Assembly: GCA_050273025.1 (NCBI GenBank)
Contig: CP158636.1
Location: 8,308,001-8,372,000 of the forward strand
Source of the DNA: Cenococcum geophilum
Lineage: Eukaryota
Length of the DNA stretch: 64,000 nt
Reading direction: 5' to 3'
A program made the position numbers and the translations under genes. Under the pieces are notes generated by a model that saw only the letters and a list, made by a program, of their open reading frames with translations, was not told the origin of the DNA and searched no databases. Shown here in pieces: positions 1 through 12,804 of the stretch (position 1 is the first letter of the stretch; the number at the start of each line of letters is the position of its first letter).

Positions 1-2870
1 CCCCCCCTTTAAAAAGGGTTGTCCCCGATTCTTTACGTACTTAGGCCTTAATAAAACCCCATAAAAAACCTTAATAAGGAAAAATTGAAAAGGGAAAGAG
101 TGTCCTAATTTTACGCACGAAAAGATAGGTATATACTTCGCCGGTAAGTTATAGGTTATTCGTATATAGCCAGGCGTATAGTGGTAAGGCAGTATACCCG
201 TTAAATCCACCGCTAACCCTATACTTTGGCCTTATACTATACCTACGTAGCATATAAAGATTCCGCCAAGTTCTACCAAATTCTGCTAAATTCTGCCAAA
301 TTCTAAATGCGTACTTATATAAGCAGGTCGCTAATACCTCATAGGTAGGTCATAGGTTATTCGCATGCAGCTAGATTTATAAACGGTAAGGCTATATACC
401 TATTAAATCCGCTGCTGACCCCGCTTTAGCCTTACGCTATACTAGCGTAGCGCCGTATATACTTCGTGGGTAGGTTATAGGTTATTTGCATATAGCTAGA
501 CGTATAGTAGTAGGGCAGTATACCCATTAAATCCACCGCCGACTTTATACTTTAGCCTTACGTTATCTGCGTAGCACATGCGTAGCATATACGTAGTTAT
601 ATCGGGTTGCGATGCGCCTGCGTAAGGTATGCGTTTAGGGGTATACGGTATCTAAGTCTTCTGCCTATTTAATATTGGGTTACAATACGCCTACGCACGA
701 TATACGTTTAGGGGTATACGGTATCCAAGTCTAATATATAAATCGTCAGTACAGGTTACTACTAGCAGGTCACCAGTAGGTTATAGACCCCGGTTAAAGG
801 ACCCTAGTTACGGATAGATCTGTCCTCTAAGATATAAGTTATTAGTATAGGTCGCTATTAGCAGGTTACTAGTGGGTTAAAGGACCCCAATTAAAGGACC
901 CCGGTTATAGGTAGTATCTATTACCAATAGGGACTCGCCCCTAAGTTAGCTAATTATACATAGAGCGTAAGGCGTCCCTTTTACTCTACGGATAAAATCA
1001 ACTAGTGACTTGTAGGGTCGTTAGGTCGCAATACGCCTGCGTAAGGTATACGCTTAGGGGTATATGGTATCTAAGCTTTCTTTTCTCTAATATTAGGTTA
1101 TAATATACCTGCGTATAATATGCGTTTAGGGTATACGGTATCTAAGTCTTCTTCCTATTTAATGTTAGGTCGCGATGCGCCTATATAAGGTATATATTTA
1201 GGGTATATATTATCTAAGTCTTTATAGAGTAATATATATATCGTTAGTATAGGTTACTACTAGTAGGTTACTAGTAGGTCGTAGACCCTGGTTAAAGGAC
1301 CCCGGTTATAGACGGGCCTATTATATAACATATACACATAGTTGTTAGTATAGGTTACTACTAGTAGGTCACTAGTAGGTTAAAGGACCCTAGTTAAAGG
1401 ACCCTAGTTATAAATGGACCTGCTACCTATTACCTAACGGCTAGAACTTATTTATAACGGCTTACCGCTAGTGTTCTTTGCGGTTACTGCCTACGTTCCT
1501 CTAGTAAGTTATAGGCGTAGTGCCAGCGTCTAGGGGGTCCTTAGGGCCATCCGGCTATTAAGTAGTCTCCCTAGGAGTTTACTTAAGAAAGCCTCGCCTT
1601 CCTTAGGTTCTGTCTTCTAAACCTAACCCTATAAAGCTTACGCTATAACTACGCTTTAAGCGTAAGGATCTACTATTAACTATACGATCTTCCGCAAGCT
1701 TTATAGTATTAAGCAATTGCTTTACACGGTAGACTTTAGTAAAAAGGTCCTTAGTAGTTCTTACCTATACAGCAAAGTTCTAGCAGAAGAGCTCTGCTTA
1801 TAGGTAGATTAGGAGATATAAGAACTAAAAGTTTACCTGCTAATTAGGATTAATAAAGGGGGTATATAATAAGAGGTCCTCTAAGCTATATATACGGGCT
1901 AAAAAGGTATTAAACTTCTGGTTCTCCTTTATTATAGTCGTATAGTACACAGTAGCATTATTAAAGCGTCTTACTATAGGGTCCTTAATCTGGTCTTAAA
2001 CTATAGTCTTAAATTTATCCTATAGTAAAGGACCTTTATCTTTAGCGCCTAGCCGGCAATGCACTAGTTAAGTAATTATCTTTACTTTTATAAGACCTTT
2101 AATGGCCTAACGCGTATATCGCTCGCAGTTATAGTTAGCGTTATTAACCTTAAATTGGTTCTTAACTGCGGCGATCTACCAGTTAAACTTCTGTTAAGTA
2201 ATGCCACTAATATTGGGCGGTAACTTCTTAACTAGGGTGTTAAGATTCGTTTAGCGTATACGCTCGCTATATAACTCGTATTTTTCGCTTAAGAGACAAC
2301 AACAACGGGAGGGCTTCGTTAAGTCAATGATGCTCCATAAGTTAGCTATTTTCTTAGCCAGCTCATCTAGCTCCTTTAGGTCAGTAATATTCGGTAGGAC
2401 GCTAATAACCTTACTAAGCTTCTGTTAAGCCTAGGTATATAAGTTAAACTGGTCTCTAGCGTTCATAGATATCTAATTGTCTTAAGATTTAGAAGGTGGC
2501 CCAGATATTACTAGTGTAGAGACTTCGTCTGTACTAAATCCTAAGGCGTTCTACCGTCGTATTGCGGGCGTATTGCCGTTAAGTATAGGGGTTAATCTTA
2601 TCTTCGGAGGCATCGTGGATTATAGGAAAATTAAACCAGCTATCCTCCCAAAGGGATTGGTAAGGATTTAAATGTAAGGTAAGAATGTAGATAGGGAGCT
2701 TAATAATAGAACAATAGGGTATATTATATAGACAGAGACGAATCCTTAAGGGAGAAGGAGGAGTCTAAGGTGCGAGGTAAGGGGTTTCCATAGGCACGTG
2801 CAGCGTACGTGCCTCACAGGCGAGTCGCCTGCGGGTCGCCTATACCTCGCAGCTATATAACTATATACTC
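1..2870 (-). mobile_element. RIP-degraded LTR-retroelement remnant: gag-like relic (ATG 2613, MPPKIR..., many stops) followed by arrays of tandem repeats; probable LTR at about 2673-2870
   Basis: CpA/TpG-depleted, TpA-rich. Minus-strand MPPK start with TAA/TAG stops. Contains CTGCCAAATT repeats (270-305) also seen in the Copia-type elements at about 50.2 kb and 60.2 kb. Confidence 0.6.
130..1420. repeat. Three families of degenerate tandem repeats
   Basis: Unit A (~120 bp, ...ataggttattcgtatatagc...ttaaatcc) near 132, 340, 457. Unit B (~60-70 bp, ...gcgtttaggggtatacggtatctaagtct) near 603, 675, 1021, 1093, 1164. Unit C (...ttactactagcaggtcacc...gttaaaggaccc) near 742, 840, 1240, 1340. Confidence 0.8.
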
Positions 2871-2880
2871 AGGTTTTACC

Positions 2881-3380
2881 TAACAATTAAGTTTATTGTT
2901 AAGGTAATTTATATTGCTATCGGGTTTATTAAGATACCCATTAGGATATCTATTAGAAGGCGGAAGAGAGCTAGGAGGGATGCTGGATAAAGGGCTTTGC
3001 GAATTGTCGGATAGAGGCGTAGGTATTCCGTCGGTAACGTTTATTGTTTCTTAATAAGATAGAGGAAGTAAATAGCTTTTAATTGAATATGGTTGGAAGT
3101 GTTTTGGAGTTAATTTGGGGTATAAGATATAGCGTTATAATGGAAGAGTTGTTGCCTAATAAGAAACTTTAAGTTTGTATATAAAGGGCTCCTATAAGCT
3201 CTTAGACTCTCGGGGAGATATTCCTCTCGGTGTGATGTGATTGGTTTAGGACTTTGCAGGACTAGGGTATAGTGATTTGATTGGCTTAGGACTTTGCAGG
3301 AGTCCACAAGCGTCGCACTAGATCCTTAGCGTCACGCCGTGGCGGGATTTCTCCCCGGGGGTCTGATTTATGAGATAACA
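2881..3380 (-). mobile_element. Probable LTR (~500 bp), solo or nested
   Basis: The minus strand begins TGTTATCTC at 3380 and ends ...TTGTTA (RIP-altered TGTCA) at 2881. RIP-like composition. No convincing TSD (TTACC vs ATACT). Confidence 0.4.
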
Positions 3381-3541
3381 ATACTAAGATATTTTAATGT
3401 TCGTCACGTGGATTCTGCCACAAATTACCGCGCGCAGTTTTGTTTCTAACTAATTAGAAGTCAGCTTTCTAGCCAATCAGAAGCTGGCTTGGCTAAGTTT
3501 GAAATCCAGGACCCGAAAATATAGACCACTCGTACCTCGGG

Positions 3542-4610
3542 TCAATAACTGCTTAAACTAGGATCATCATACGTAGTGCTTGCTGTTGTCGCCTGGTCGG
3601 GAGTATTTATGGGTCTGGCGATATCTGGTGCGCTTGTAGGCGTCGCTTCGTTTGGCACGCTGGCGGAGCCTGCAGCACTCGGACTGCTAGCTGATACCAT
3701 ATAGTCTATCGCGTTGGATGGAAATGTATTGTCTGATGTACTGCAGTCAAAGGTCGGATCTAGCCTAGAAGGAGTGGGCACGGAATCGCTCACGTTCTCA
3801 CAAAACTGGCTGAGAATTTGTTGGAGTTCCTGAAAGCTGGTTTCACCAACTCCATGATTGAATTGAGCCGTACTTTCGCAAACATTGGTAGCAGAATTAA
3901 GATAACCATGATAGTATTGTTCCGCGTCACACTGTAATACGTCTGAGGGATAAGAGATTTCTGAATTCCGACAAAAACATGTGAGACTCTTATGCAGTGC
4001 CAAGTAGTTGAGATCTTTGATCTCTTGCTGAGATCTTATGCTCAGACATGTTTTGTTGCCGAGCAAAAGGATTTGTTGGTAAAATTGCCAGTATGTGGCC
4101 CTGTGATGTAGTCGATGAGGGGACTGTGGAGAGAAATAGCTGCTCAAAAACTTCGTGGAGTTTTACGTAGGAGTTGCAGGCGCAGAAGATTTCGGCGTTG
4201 AAACAACTACAGATAGATCTGGTGTCTGCGACGTCGGGAGTTTAGTCCTAAGATTAAGATATTTGTCAAGTTTCTTGTACTCCATAATCGAATATATAAC
4301 AAGTGTGGCAAGTAATACGGTTAAGGTAGGATAAACGAAGTAGTAAACCATGGTTATCAAGTCGTTCTTGCTACTTCGTTGGTGGGGGATGCCTGGTGGA
4401 GACCTAGGGTTCAAGTATGTTGCAGGTTTAATTTGCGCTTCCGTGTCTAGATGTTTGTTTCTTGGTCGAAGCGGAGCTGGCTTCATTTGGGTATTCATTA
4501 CTTCTTCGCTAAAGACGGATTTCCTTGTTAGCTGTTCTTACGTAGTCTCTTTGGAACTAGAAGCTGTTCGGTAGGAAGCTCTAGGAGTCGAATGCGTATC
4601 TATGCCGAAT
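3542..4610 (-). pseudogene. Single-TM hypothetical protein gene interrupted by in-frame TAA stops
   Basis: ORFs 4163-4498 and 3542-4147 are in the same frame, separated by one TAA (4163-4165) followed by NSTKF. A second in-frame TAA lies at 4538-4540 with open frame beyond it. Hydrophobic segment VYYFVYPTLTVLLATLVIY. The 5' end is uncertain. Confidence 0.55.
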
Positions 4611-4819
4611 GATCTTGCCTTAATGATTCGAACGTCTCAATTAAATGATTCTTCTCTGCACTGTACTAACGGTGTAAGTGTGTCGAGGTTAGCTGTGCAG
4701 AACTGCTGCTAATGAGTTAGAACCCTTCAAATCATTTAGAGGAGCAAGTGTTATAGGCCATGGGTTGTGGGTCATATTTTTCTGAAAGAGTATTTTACAT
4801 TAGCAGCTCTGGCTATAGC

Positions 4820-5591
4820 TTAAAGCCACGCCCAGGTTACGGTCACTCTACCCAAAGTTGGGTCAGCAAGCTTCGCAAACATTCCAGGGCTAACATCAAG
4901 ATCATCTGGTTGGCAGCCTGTACCTGGAAGAGCAAGTTAGCACATGCAGCTCCCCACACCTGAACAATGTTTAAAGACCGATTCTCGCAATCACTTACAT
5001 CTATCCACAACTGTTAGATCCACGCTTTTCATAGCGCCATTATCATTTCGCTCTGCCCTAATTTTCCTACCACATAGTGGATTTGCGTTTGGATTTGAGC
5101 CTCCTTGAACGGCATCAAAAACGTAATGGCTGACTGCTACGATAGGATCATCATCGCCAGAGACTACGCCGCATGCACCCATCCCAGGACCGTAATATGT
5201 TAAATCGCCAGTATATGTCTTAGAACCAGTTGGTAAGGGTAAGTTTTTATGCCTACGCGCGGTAAGAGGCTGGTCAAAACGACTCAGGGGAAGCTGGCGC
5301 ATACTTTGATTTATAGCTAAGGCCAACAGCCAGTCCGATTATAAGAGCAAGAATGAGAAGAAATATGACGCCTATGATTATAAGAAAGGTCCGGCGACTG
5401 CGACCAAGATAGCGTTTGTGTGGTGAGAGTATGCTATCGAAGCGGTCTGCGAAAGTTGGTCCTCTAGTTGCGCCAGCTCCAATTCGAAAGCGTGAGGGTT
5501 TCCTACCCTCCTCCGGAGGAACTTCCCAGTCTGGGCCATTGTTCATGTATGCTGGAGGAGCTTCTTTTGGGACTTCATCTACGGTCGCCAT
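4820..5591 (-). CDS. Membrane-anchored RlpA-like double-psi beta-barrel protein (expansin-like/loosenin/Asp f 7 type), 3 exons
   Basis: TM helix FLIIIGVIFLLILALIIGLAVGL. Motifs GDLTYY.PGMGACG, IVAVS, NPNANPLCGRKI, VVDRC. Third exon TGCQPDDLDVSPGMF...GRVTVTWAWL* follows a GTAAGT intron; stop at 4820. Confidence 0.9.
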
Positions 5592-6102
5592 GTTGCTAAA
5601 CCTTCCGGTGCGTAGAAGGTTGAATGGTGTGGAGCAATTGATTGTATTTGATATAATTGAAGGAGAGTGGTGATTTATTCGATATAATTCACAAGTTTCG
5701 AAGCATGTTTATGAACGAGTGGAAGTCCAGTGCGCAATTCACCAGGTAGGGTACGTCACGAATGCGCGCAACAAGAGTGGAAATTTGAGTGAATCTTGGT
5801 GGGGTGGCTTCAGGTATATAATATTCAGCTCCACGCGAAATGCCAAGAATTATTTTGGACCGCTCTGACATTCAACCAATATGACCCTTTAGAATTCATC
5901 ACCCACTTAGAAAAACCCCTAGCGCTCTCTAAAGATCTGCATACAGAGCTTGCAGGCGAGCTTTAATGAGCTCTCACCATCAAATACCTGCTCTCCGCCT
6001 CTCATTAACACCAATCTGACGTATCCGGACAAATTCACTGTCGAAGAGTCTAAACCTCCGCCACCTCCAGCACCGCGATCTTCCACATTTCGCCTTCATA
6101 AC

Positions 6103-6794
6103 ATGGCGGAGCAGACATTAAACATACCCCAGATCCTCGTGTTCCTTGTCATCACGTCTCTCCTCATCCGATGGCTGTTCTCAAAGCCCTCAGGTAGCAG
6201 CACACGACTACCCGCCGGGCAGTCCCGGGGTTTCGGAGTAAATCCTGCGCACGTAGACCAGTTATCACAAATGTTCCCACAATTGAGTCAGAGGGATATC
6301 ATGTGGGATCTACAGCGAAATGGAGGAAATGTGACTGCGACAACGGAGAGAGTGTTGAGCGGAAGAGCCTTAGAAGTGGTGAGCCCCTCTGACTGTTCAT
6401 GATGGCTTCGTGAAAAGTCGCTTGGACTCCCTATGCCATCAAACTAGATTCCTGCTTCTCGATGAGCTATGATGCTAACTTGCTATGTGCTATACAGCCG
6501 CCACCCTCTTTCCAACCGCTAAACCTTCGCCCCTCAAACCCCACTTCCCGCACGGCCACTCCCTCATCAAGACCGGCACACACAGATCTGATAACACGCT
6601 ACAATCTTGCCTCGAAAATCAACACTCCAACCTCCGACGAATCCCCTTCAGAGTCAAATGCGCCCAAGAAAGCTTGGTCACAAGACAAGGACGAGCGGCA
6701 GAAACTTCTACAACGGCGACGGGAAGAGATGATTTTGGCAGCGCGGAGAAAGATGGAAGAGAAAGACCGGGCAAAATCTGCGGCAACATCTTGA
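6103..6794 (+). CDS. CUE-domain ubiquitin-binding ER membrane protein (Cue1/Cue4-like), 2 exons
   Basis: N-terminal TM, CUE motif QMFPQL...IMWDLQRNGGNV..TTERVL, GTGAGC intron about 6379-6497, conserved C-terminus DLITRYNL...RREEMILAARRKM. Confidence 0.9.
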
Positions 6795-8301
6795 AGTTAG
6801 GTTAAGGAGTAGTGGAGGGTGGTTACCGTTCTTGTACGTATTTGTATGAAGATTGGTGCGTTCATACGCGGACAGCGATCATTCCATGCCGGATGCGTGG
6901 GCGGCATTACACTAGATTATCATTCGACTTGTTTATAACCCAACTGCCATAACACGCCAGGTACATGTCCAAACATTTGAGTTGAACAGATCGGATTATG
7001 GGCGAGTGCTAATAATACCAAAATAAAACCTCTTACAGTGCATTCGACTTTTGACATTTATTTGCAGCTATTTTGGTAGGCAACTTCTGTATATCGCAAT
7101 CCTATGCATGGCTTCTGCGTTAGTATTCAGACTATTAAGTCTACCTCTCGACTTTCAGCTTCAAATCTTTGAGTTGTCTACCTCATTCGGAGTCGTACTG
7201 GAAATCCAAGCCAAAGCAAGTCGTTGGAGGAACTCATTTCATACTGGCAGGAATACAGGATTTATATTACAGATATACAGGATCCGTGATAGTCATCACT
7301 ACGCAATTAATAGTCTCAATATCGCCAAGATGATGCTATTAATGGAGTGGTTTTCAAGGGTATAATTTTCTAGAATATAAGAGCTCTTACACTAATTTCT
7401 ATAGATACTCTTTCAGCTGACCAAAAGCAGACAGCAGATCGGCATCTTTTCCAACCCTTTTACTAAGAGTATGGTCTTATTCAGTTCAAGGCCCAGTACA
7501 GGCATTGGAATACAGCGATCCGTTCTCTGAAGGACAAGGTCCTTCTCTTGAATAGCTTTCCAATCACCAAACTACGCTCTGCCTTCCACCCTACAGGTGT
7601 GTTTACATATACTTACCCTAGATTAAATCTCGGTGATGATCGCCAGGTTCTTTCGAGGATGGTTAAGCGTACCGTCTGGTGCGATTTCTATTGGTGAGCA
7701 TTTTCTTCAACTGGATATGCAGCCTAGCTCCATGCTGTTATTTAAGATTATCCTCACTGTAATAACAATTGTAGGGGTGTAATTGTGTGAGGGGGCCCTG
7801 CCGAATGCTTAATCGGCCATGACTTGCATATTCCCGATGTCTGGCACGGTGCGGAGCCAAGTAGTGCTTGGACGGCCTGAGGTCAAAGCCTTGTATAACC
7901 GAGCTTTGACAGCCCGGAATGCCGGTCGTTGGAATGAGGTGGTTAGTCAAGGGTAGATGTGCTCATCGCTGAACTTGAATCTCTTTCCGCAGCCAATCAA
8001 GTGTCGAGAAATGTGGCTCATCTCAGCCATTGATTCAATTGGTTAGAGCGAACCCTGCATTAGCTGAGTGATTCTAGGAGACGGAATTAGTGAGTTACTG
8101 CATAGGTGGTATTACGTGATGCCATGCTAATTTCGTAGAACCCTCCAAATACGTATACTTGTTGAGGCGAGACCATTTGATTACTCGGAGTTGTATATAT
8201 GGTCTCTATCCGCAAGCAATAAAACTTGGTGTCGACTAGTAAAGCGTTATACGAAGCTCGAATATCTCATTCTAGAGCCTCCATTTTTCCAAAAATCAAA
8301 A

Positions 8302-9454
8302 ATGTCCTCTCTCCCAACCCACCCGCTCGGGAATAATGGTCCTCTCATCCCCGCCATGGGTTTCGGCTGTATGGGCTTGAGTGCGTACTACACTGCCAAT
8401 CCTGCCCCTGATGAGGGGCGTTTTAAAGTGCTTGATCGCGCTGCGGAGCTCGGAGAAACCTTTTGGATAACTTCAGACGTTTGTAAGCTACGGGCTATGG
8501 CTTTAAGTTCATATTCTATCACAAACTTACACCACTGACTGCATTCCAGATAATGACAGTGAGGACCTCCTGGGTAAATGGTTCGCTCGCACCAACCTCC
8601 GCTCCCGCATCTTCTTTGCCACAAAATTCGGTTACGAGGATCAAGGAGCAGGCGCGTATCCTATCTTACGTAGCGATCCGGAATTCGTTAAGGCGGCTTG
8701 TGCGAAGTCCCTGAAGCGTCTTGGCATCTCGAAGATCGACCTGTATCTTGCTCACCGCGTGGATGGAAAGACACCCATTGAAAAAACCGTCCAAGCCATG
8801 GTGGAGCTAAAGGAAGAAGGAAAAATTGATTACTTAGGCTTGAGCGAGATCTCAGCAGCAACTCTGCGACGAGCTCATGCTGTGCATCCGATTTCGGCTG
8901 TTGAAATTGAGTACTCGCCATTCGCGCTCAATATTGAATCTGAGCAGATCAAACTACTCAAGACGTGCCGTGAGCTGGGCGTTGCGGTAATCGCGTACAG
9001 TCCTCTAGGAAGAGGGATGCTTACGGGAGCCTACAAGTCTCCGGGCGATTTTGATGCCAGTGATATGCGAAGGTTCCTGCCAAAGTTCAGTCCTGAGAAC
9101 TTCCCGAAGAATTTGAAGATGGTTGAGGAGTTCGCAGCGTTTGCGGAGAAGGGTTGCAAGCCTGGACAGTTGGCGCTTGCCTGGTTGATGGCACAAGGAG
9201 ATGACATATTTCCAATTCCGTGAGTTGATCTGTAGATTCTGTGGACCAAAGAATGTAGCTAAATCACTTGCAGTGGTACGACCAAGACGAAGTATCTCGA
9301 AGAAAATATTGACGCGGTTAATTTACACTTAACCGATGCGGAGGTGAAAGCATTGCGGGAGATCATTGAAGCGACGGAGGTGTATGGAACGAGATATCCG
9401 GAGGGTTTTACTGCAGAAACATTCAAGGATACGCCTCCATTGACATTGGACTAA
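8302..9454 (+). CDS. Aldo-keto reductase (YakC/AKR13-like), 3 exons
   Basis: MGFGCMGLS, SDVY (across intron 8483-8549), ATKFG, DLYLAHR, GKIDYLGLSE, YSPLGRG, PIPGT (across intron 9220-9273); stop 9452-9454. Confidence 0.92.
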
Positions 9455-9559
9455 GATATCGCTGTTTCGAAAATCCGGTGCGTAGCTTATAGCCTGATTT
9501 ATTCATGTAGCAAAAGTCGGCCTCCGTATTGTCTCACTAGTCATAAAATCCATAAATCT

Positions 9560-11198
9560 TCAAGATGAATCCCACCGTAAATCCACTTGTGTCTCTCCTC
9601 TCATTCCCCTCCACCATTGCGTCTGAGCCCACACTTCTGACTCCTTGCCACCAATTAACATCCAATACTTCCTTAAAAACTACGGAGCAGCTTCCCAGCT
9701 TCGCATATCCCACGGCTGTGCGCTGATTTTCTCACTTACATGCCAGCAAGTCAACCCGTCGTTCATGATGACATCCAGTTTAAGTTCCTTAGCATCAAGA
9801 AGTGGCGGATTCATGGGGGCCAAAGTGATGGCTCATTCACGGAGTGTCGGAAATGGAATCAAGTCAAGCCATGGGTGATGAGGATGGAGGACTTGCGCAG
9901 ACGTAGGACGAAGATGATGAGCTATTTTGTCCGGGAAACTCTTCAAAACCACGCCCATGTCTTGTTTGACGTTGGTTTGTGGTCGATAGAATGGTGAGGA
10001 GCAAACATCCCTATAGAGTTCATCTATTGACATTCCAATAGCGCGAGCGTTAGATAGATACGCTTGGAGAGTCAAGGTGCGCACGAGACAAAGGTTATTC
10101 CTCTGAATATCTGGTAGCCGCGGAGATGCACTTGAAGAGACTTCCATTTCTTCCGTATCACGGATTTCAGGAGTCTGCAGTCCAGCTAGGATTATATCTC
10201 GCGCACTGCGACGGCGCTCTATAGCTGTTCGGATAAGTTGCTTATGCTCTTCCGTATCATCGAGATGAAGCCAACGGATGATGTCATTGGCTAGGCCTCC
10301 AGAGTGTTTTTTTCACTAAATTAGGATCTCCACGCGTTCTTATTCTTCTAACAAGCTGTATGCTTGAAACAGAATCGGGAGAAGGTTCATCATGATAAGC
10401 AGCACCCTGCGTGGGACTGTAAGCATCTTTTCCTGTGGAGGGATGTAGTATCTCTGATATTTCTGATGTTACATCTGATGACATTGATTTTAATTTTATG
10501 GGGTTGATTCCAGACTCAGAAGTGCTGCTGAAAATCAAACTCGGAGTCTGGAGGATATCATCTCTTTTGGAAAGGTTCAAGATTTATTTCAGGTAACAAT
10601 TCGGTTTGGGAGAACGTGATATTAACACCAGGAAGTTCGAAGGATATTTCGGGAATATCGTTGAACGAAATCTGAGGAACAATGTCTTCGGTGGACGCAA
10701 AGGTGTCGAGTCCAGACTCAAGACTACCAAGGGATAGGGACGATCCAATCCAATCATTTGTGGAGTTTTGCAAGCTGATATCGTCTCTAGATGTCTGATA
10801 CCCTTCCGAAGGCTTCCGAAGATCATGATTACCCGCAGTACTGATTTCAGAATAAAATTGTGACGCCGACTGATCTCCAGAAGCCTGCCCGGCTGAATTT
10901 GCAGCTTGAGTGACAAGGAGCTCTAACTCGCGAAGACGATTGGCCTGCTTTTCTCCTATCTGTGCGTTAGGACTGGCACTTCTAGTCTCAGAAGTGGAGG
11001 GATGCTGGGGAACATGCTATATTTCCGCTGGGCAGTTCTAATTTGCATTCTTCGCTTCTCAGTTGCAGGCCTACGTCTCCTACCGCCTCCTTGTGCTGTT
11101 CCTTGAATAGTTCTGCTCGTTGGACCCAAGTTTCGACTTTCAGCTAGGGTGCTCTCAGAGACTGCTGCTAGGGGGAAAGCTTGAGTAGGCCTAGACAT
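9560..11198 (-). pseudogene. bZIP + DUF3425 transcription-factor-like pseudogene
   Basis: Basic region KRRMQIRTAQRKY|REKQ..RLRELE. DUF3425 motifs LRPT..Q..HPHHPWLDLIPFP and QPWDMRSWEAAP*FLRKYW. Nonsense codons at 9833-9835 and 9680-9682; frame changes near 10570 and 10310. Confidence 0.8.
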
Positions 11199-11739
11199 TT
11201 GGGTTCCTAAAAAGTCGCACTGGTAAGTACACAGAGTTACGGGTTAAAATTGCACGAAAACGACCGAAAAAGGAGCAAAGGACGATATGTATCTACATCA
11301 TGGAGGGGAGGGTGTTTTGGGTTCGTTTAGAAGCTCTTTCTGACGGAACGGAAGACCTACGCTAAATGAAGTCTAGAGTGCTGACGCTAGCAATAATTAG
11401 TGCGATTATTCAGCATCTAAAATACTTGCACGATCTTGCTACCGCGACACCTTTCCTACAGCCTCTTCAGCATTCGTTTTGCATTCAATTTGGAATTTCA
11501 GTGTTCGGTGAATGTGTCATTCTCTCTACCTCGCGATTAGCTCGTGACTTTTGTTTACTGTCATATCGTAGCTCTGCTTACAAAGGTTGTTTACGCTCAA
11601 AAGCCATGATACTTATAGCCTTAAAGCAATTTTACTAGAAGGTAGTGTGCTGTGGCACATCTCCTTGCAAATGTCTTGCCATTTCCTGCGATCGGCAAGG
11701 TAACTGAGCTGGAGGCTTTTGCTCGCTTATCTCAGTGTT

Positions 11740-12804
11740 TCAGTTGGTAATGGTTACAGCAGGCTCTCCCTTTTGTTCCAACAGTCTCTTTCTAATGCTT
11801 TCCGCCCACTCCTTTCTCTCCTCGGAACTCCATTGCTCAGCTCGCCAATCTGCAGCCTCACGCTGAGTGAGAAAGTCGCTCCCTTCATCTGTGACAACAA
11901 CAGTAACAAGTTCCAAAGACAACCGCCGGAACGCGAAAAGCCCAGCTAATCGGTTTTCCAGCACACGCATATCTTTCCAAGATTTATCTTGGTAGTGCGG
12001 ATGGAACCAATTCCTCTGATATATGTGCACATGGAGGGCCCGTAGGCTAGTCAGAGGTAGTGTGTGGTGGACCGGTATTCCTCCAAGGTCCCAGTTGTGG
12101 ATTGCCTGCGCGTCGCGAGCATTTATGCCGTTAATAACAATACGTAAATGTATAGTGGTGATGGCATGCCGCTGTGCTAGACCCAAAGAGGGAACAAATT
12201 CCTGAAATGCCCAATTTACTCCGAATGAAAATGCGTTTGAGGTGTATGGGATCAGCTTTGCTTCCTGGTAGATCTGTCGGCATACACGCAGTAAACTCAA
12301 TTCTATATGTTTGTTGAGAGTCATACACCCCTCGTGTCGAAATCCCATCATACAATGAGCGCTCTTGTGATCTTGCCAATCCTGCGCAAGAAATCTTTCG
12401 TATATTTCGCTCTCCGAGGATTTAGCATTGCAAATATAATGTGTGAGCTTAGTCCTCCTGCCCATCAGCGAAGAGACAGATAACATTGAACCAAAGGAGT
12501 TGTAGGTCTGTCGGAGGTCTTCCACACTATTGAACGCTTTGAATCGGATGTGGAGGGTTTCGCCTCCAAGGATGTGCTCGTATATGTAGAGTCGTAATTC
12601 TGTCGGCAGGCGGAGTAAGGGAGATGTGGCTACATTGCATTCGTACCTATTTAATATTACGTTAGTAGACAGTCATAGAGAGAGCTCACTAAAATACCGA
12701 TGGACTGACGTCGTAGCGACTTCCGGCCGTATCAGCTGAGGGAGCTTCGAGGCCCCGGCCGGTAATGTCACAAATCCCCTGCGACAGCGCTGTTGTTGAA
12801 ACAT
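11740..12804 (-). CDS. Fungal DUF7730-like protein with an N-terminal F-box-like motif, 2 exons
   Basis: ATG 12804 and a GTCAGT intron, then SPLLRLPTELRLYIYEHILGG and LSLLRVCRQIYQEA...Y..NAFSF motifs typical of this family; runs into ORF 11740-12525. Confidence 0.75.

Noticed and set aside
130..1420. Spaced repeats resembling a CRISPR array
   Set aside because: Eukaryotic RIP-degraded retroelement repeats; the intervening sequences are themselves repeated and there are no cas genes.
7400..7740. ATACTTACC (U1-like) and GTGATGA (box C-like) motifs, or a short coding relic
   Set aside because: No continuation of the U1 sequence, no suitably placed box D, and no recognisable protein motif.
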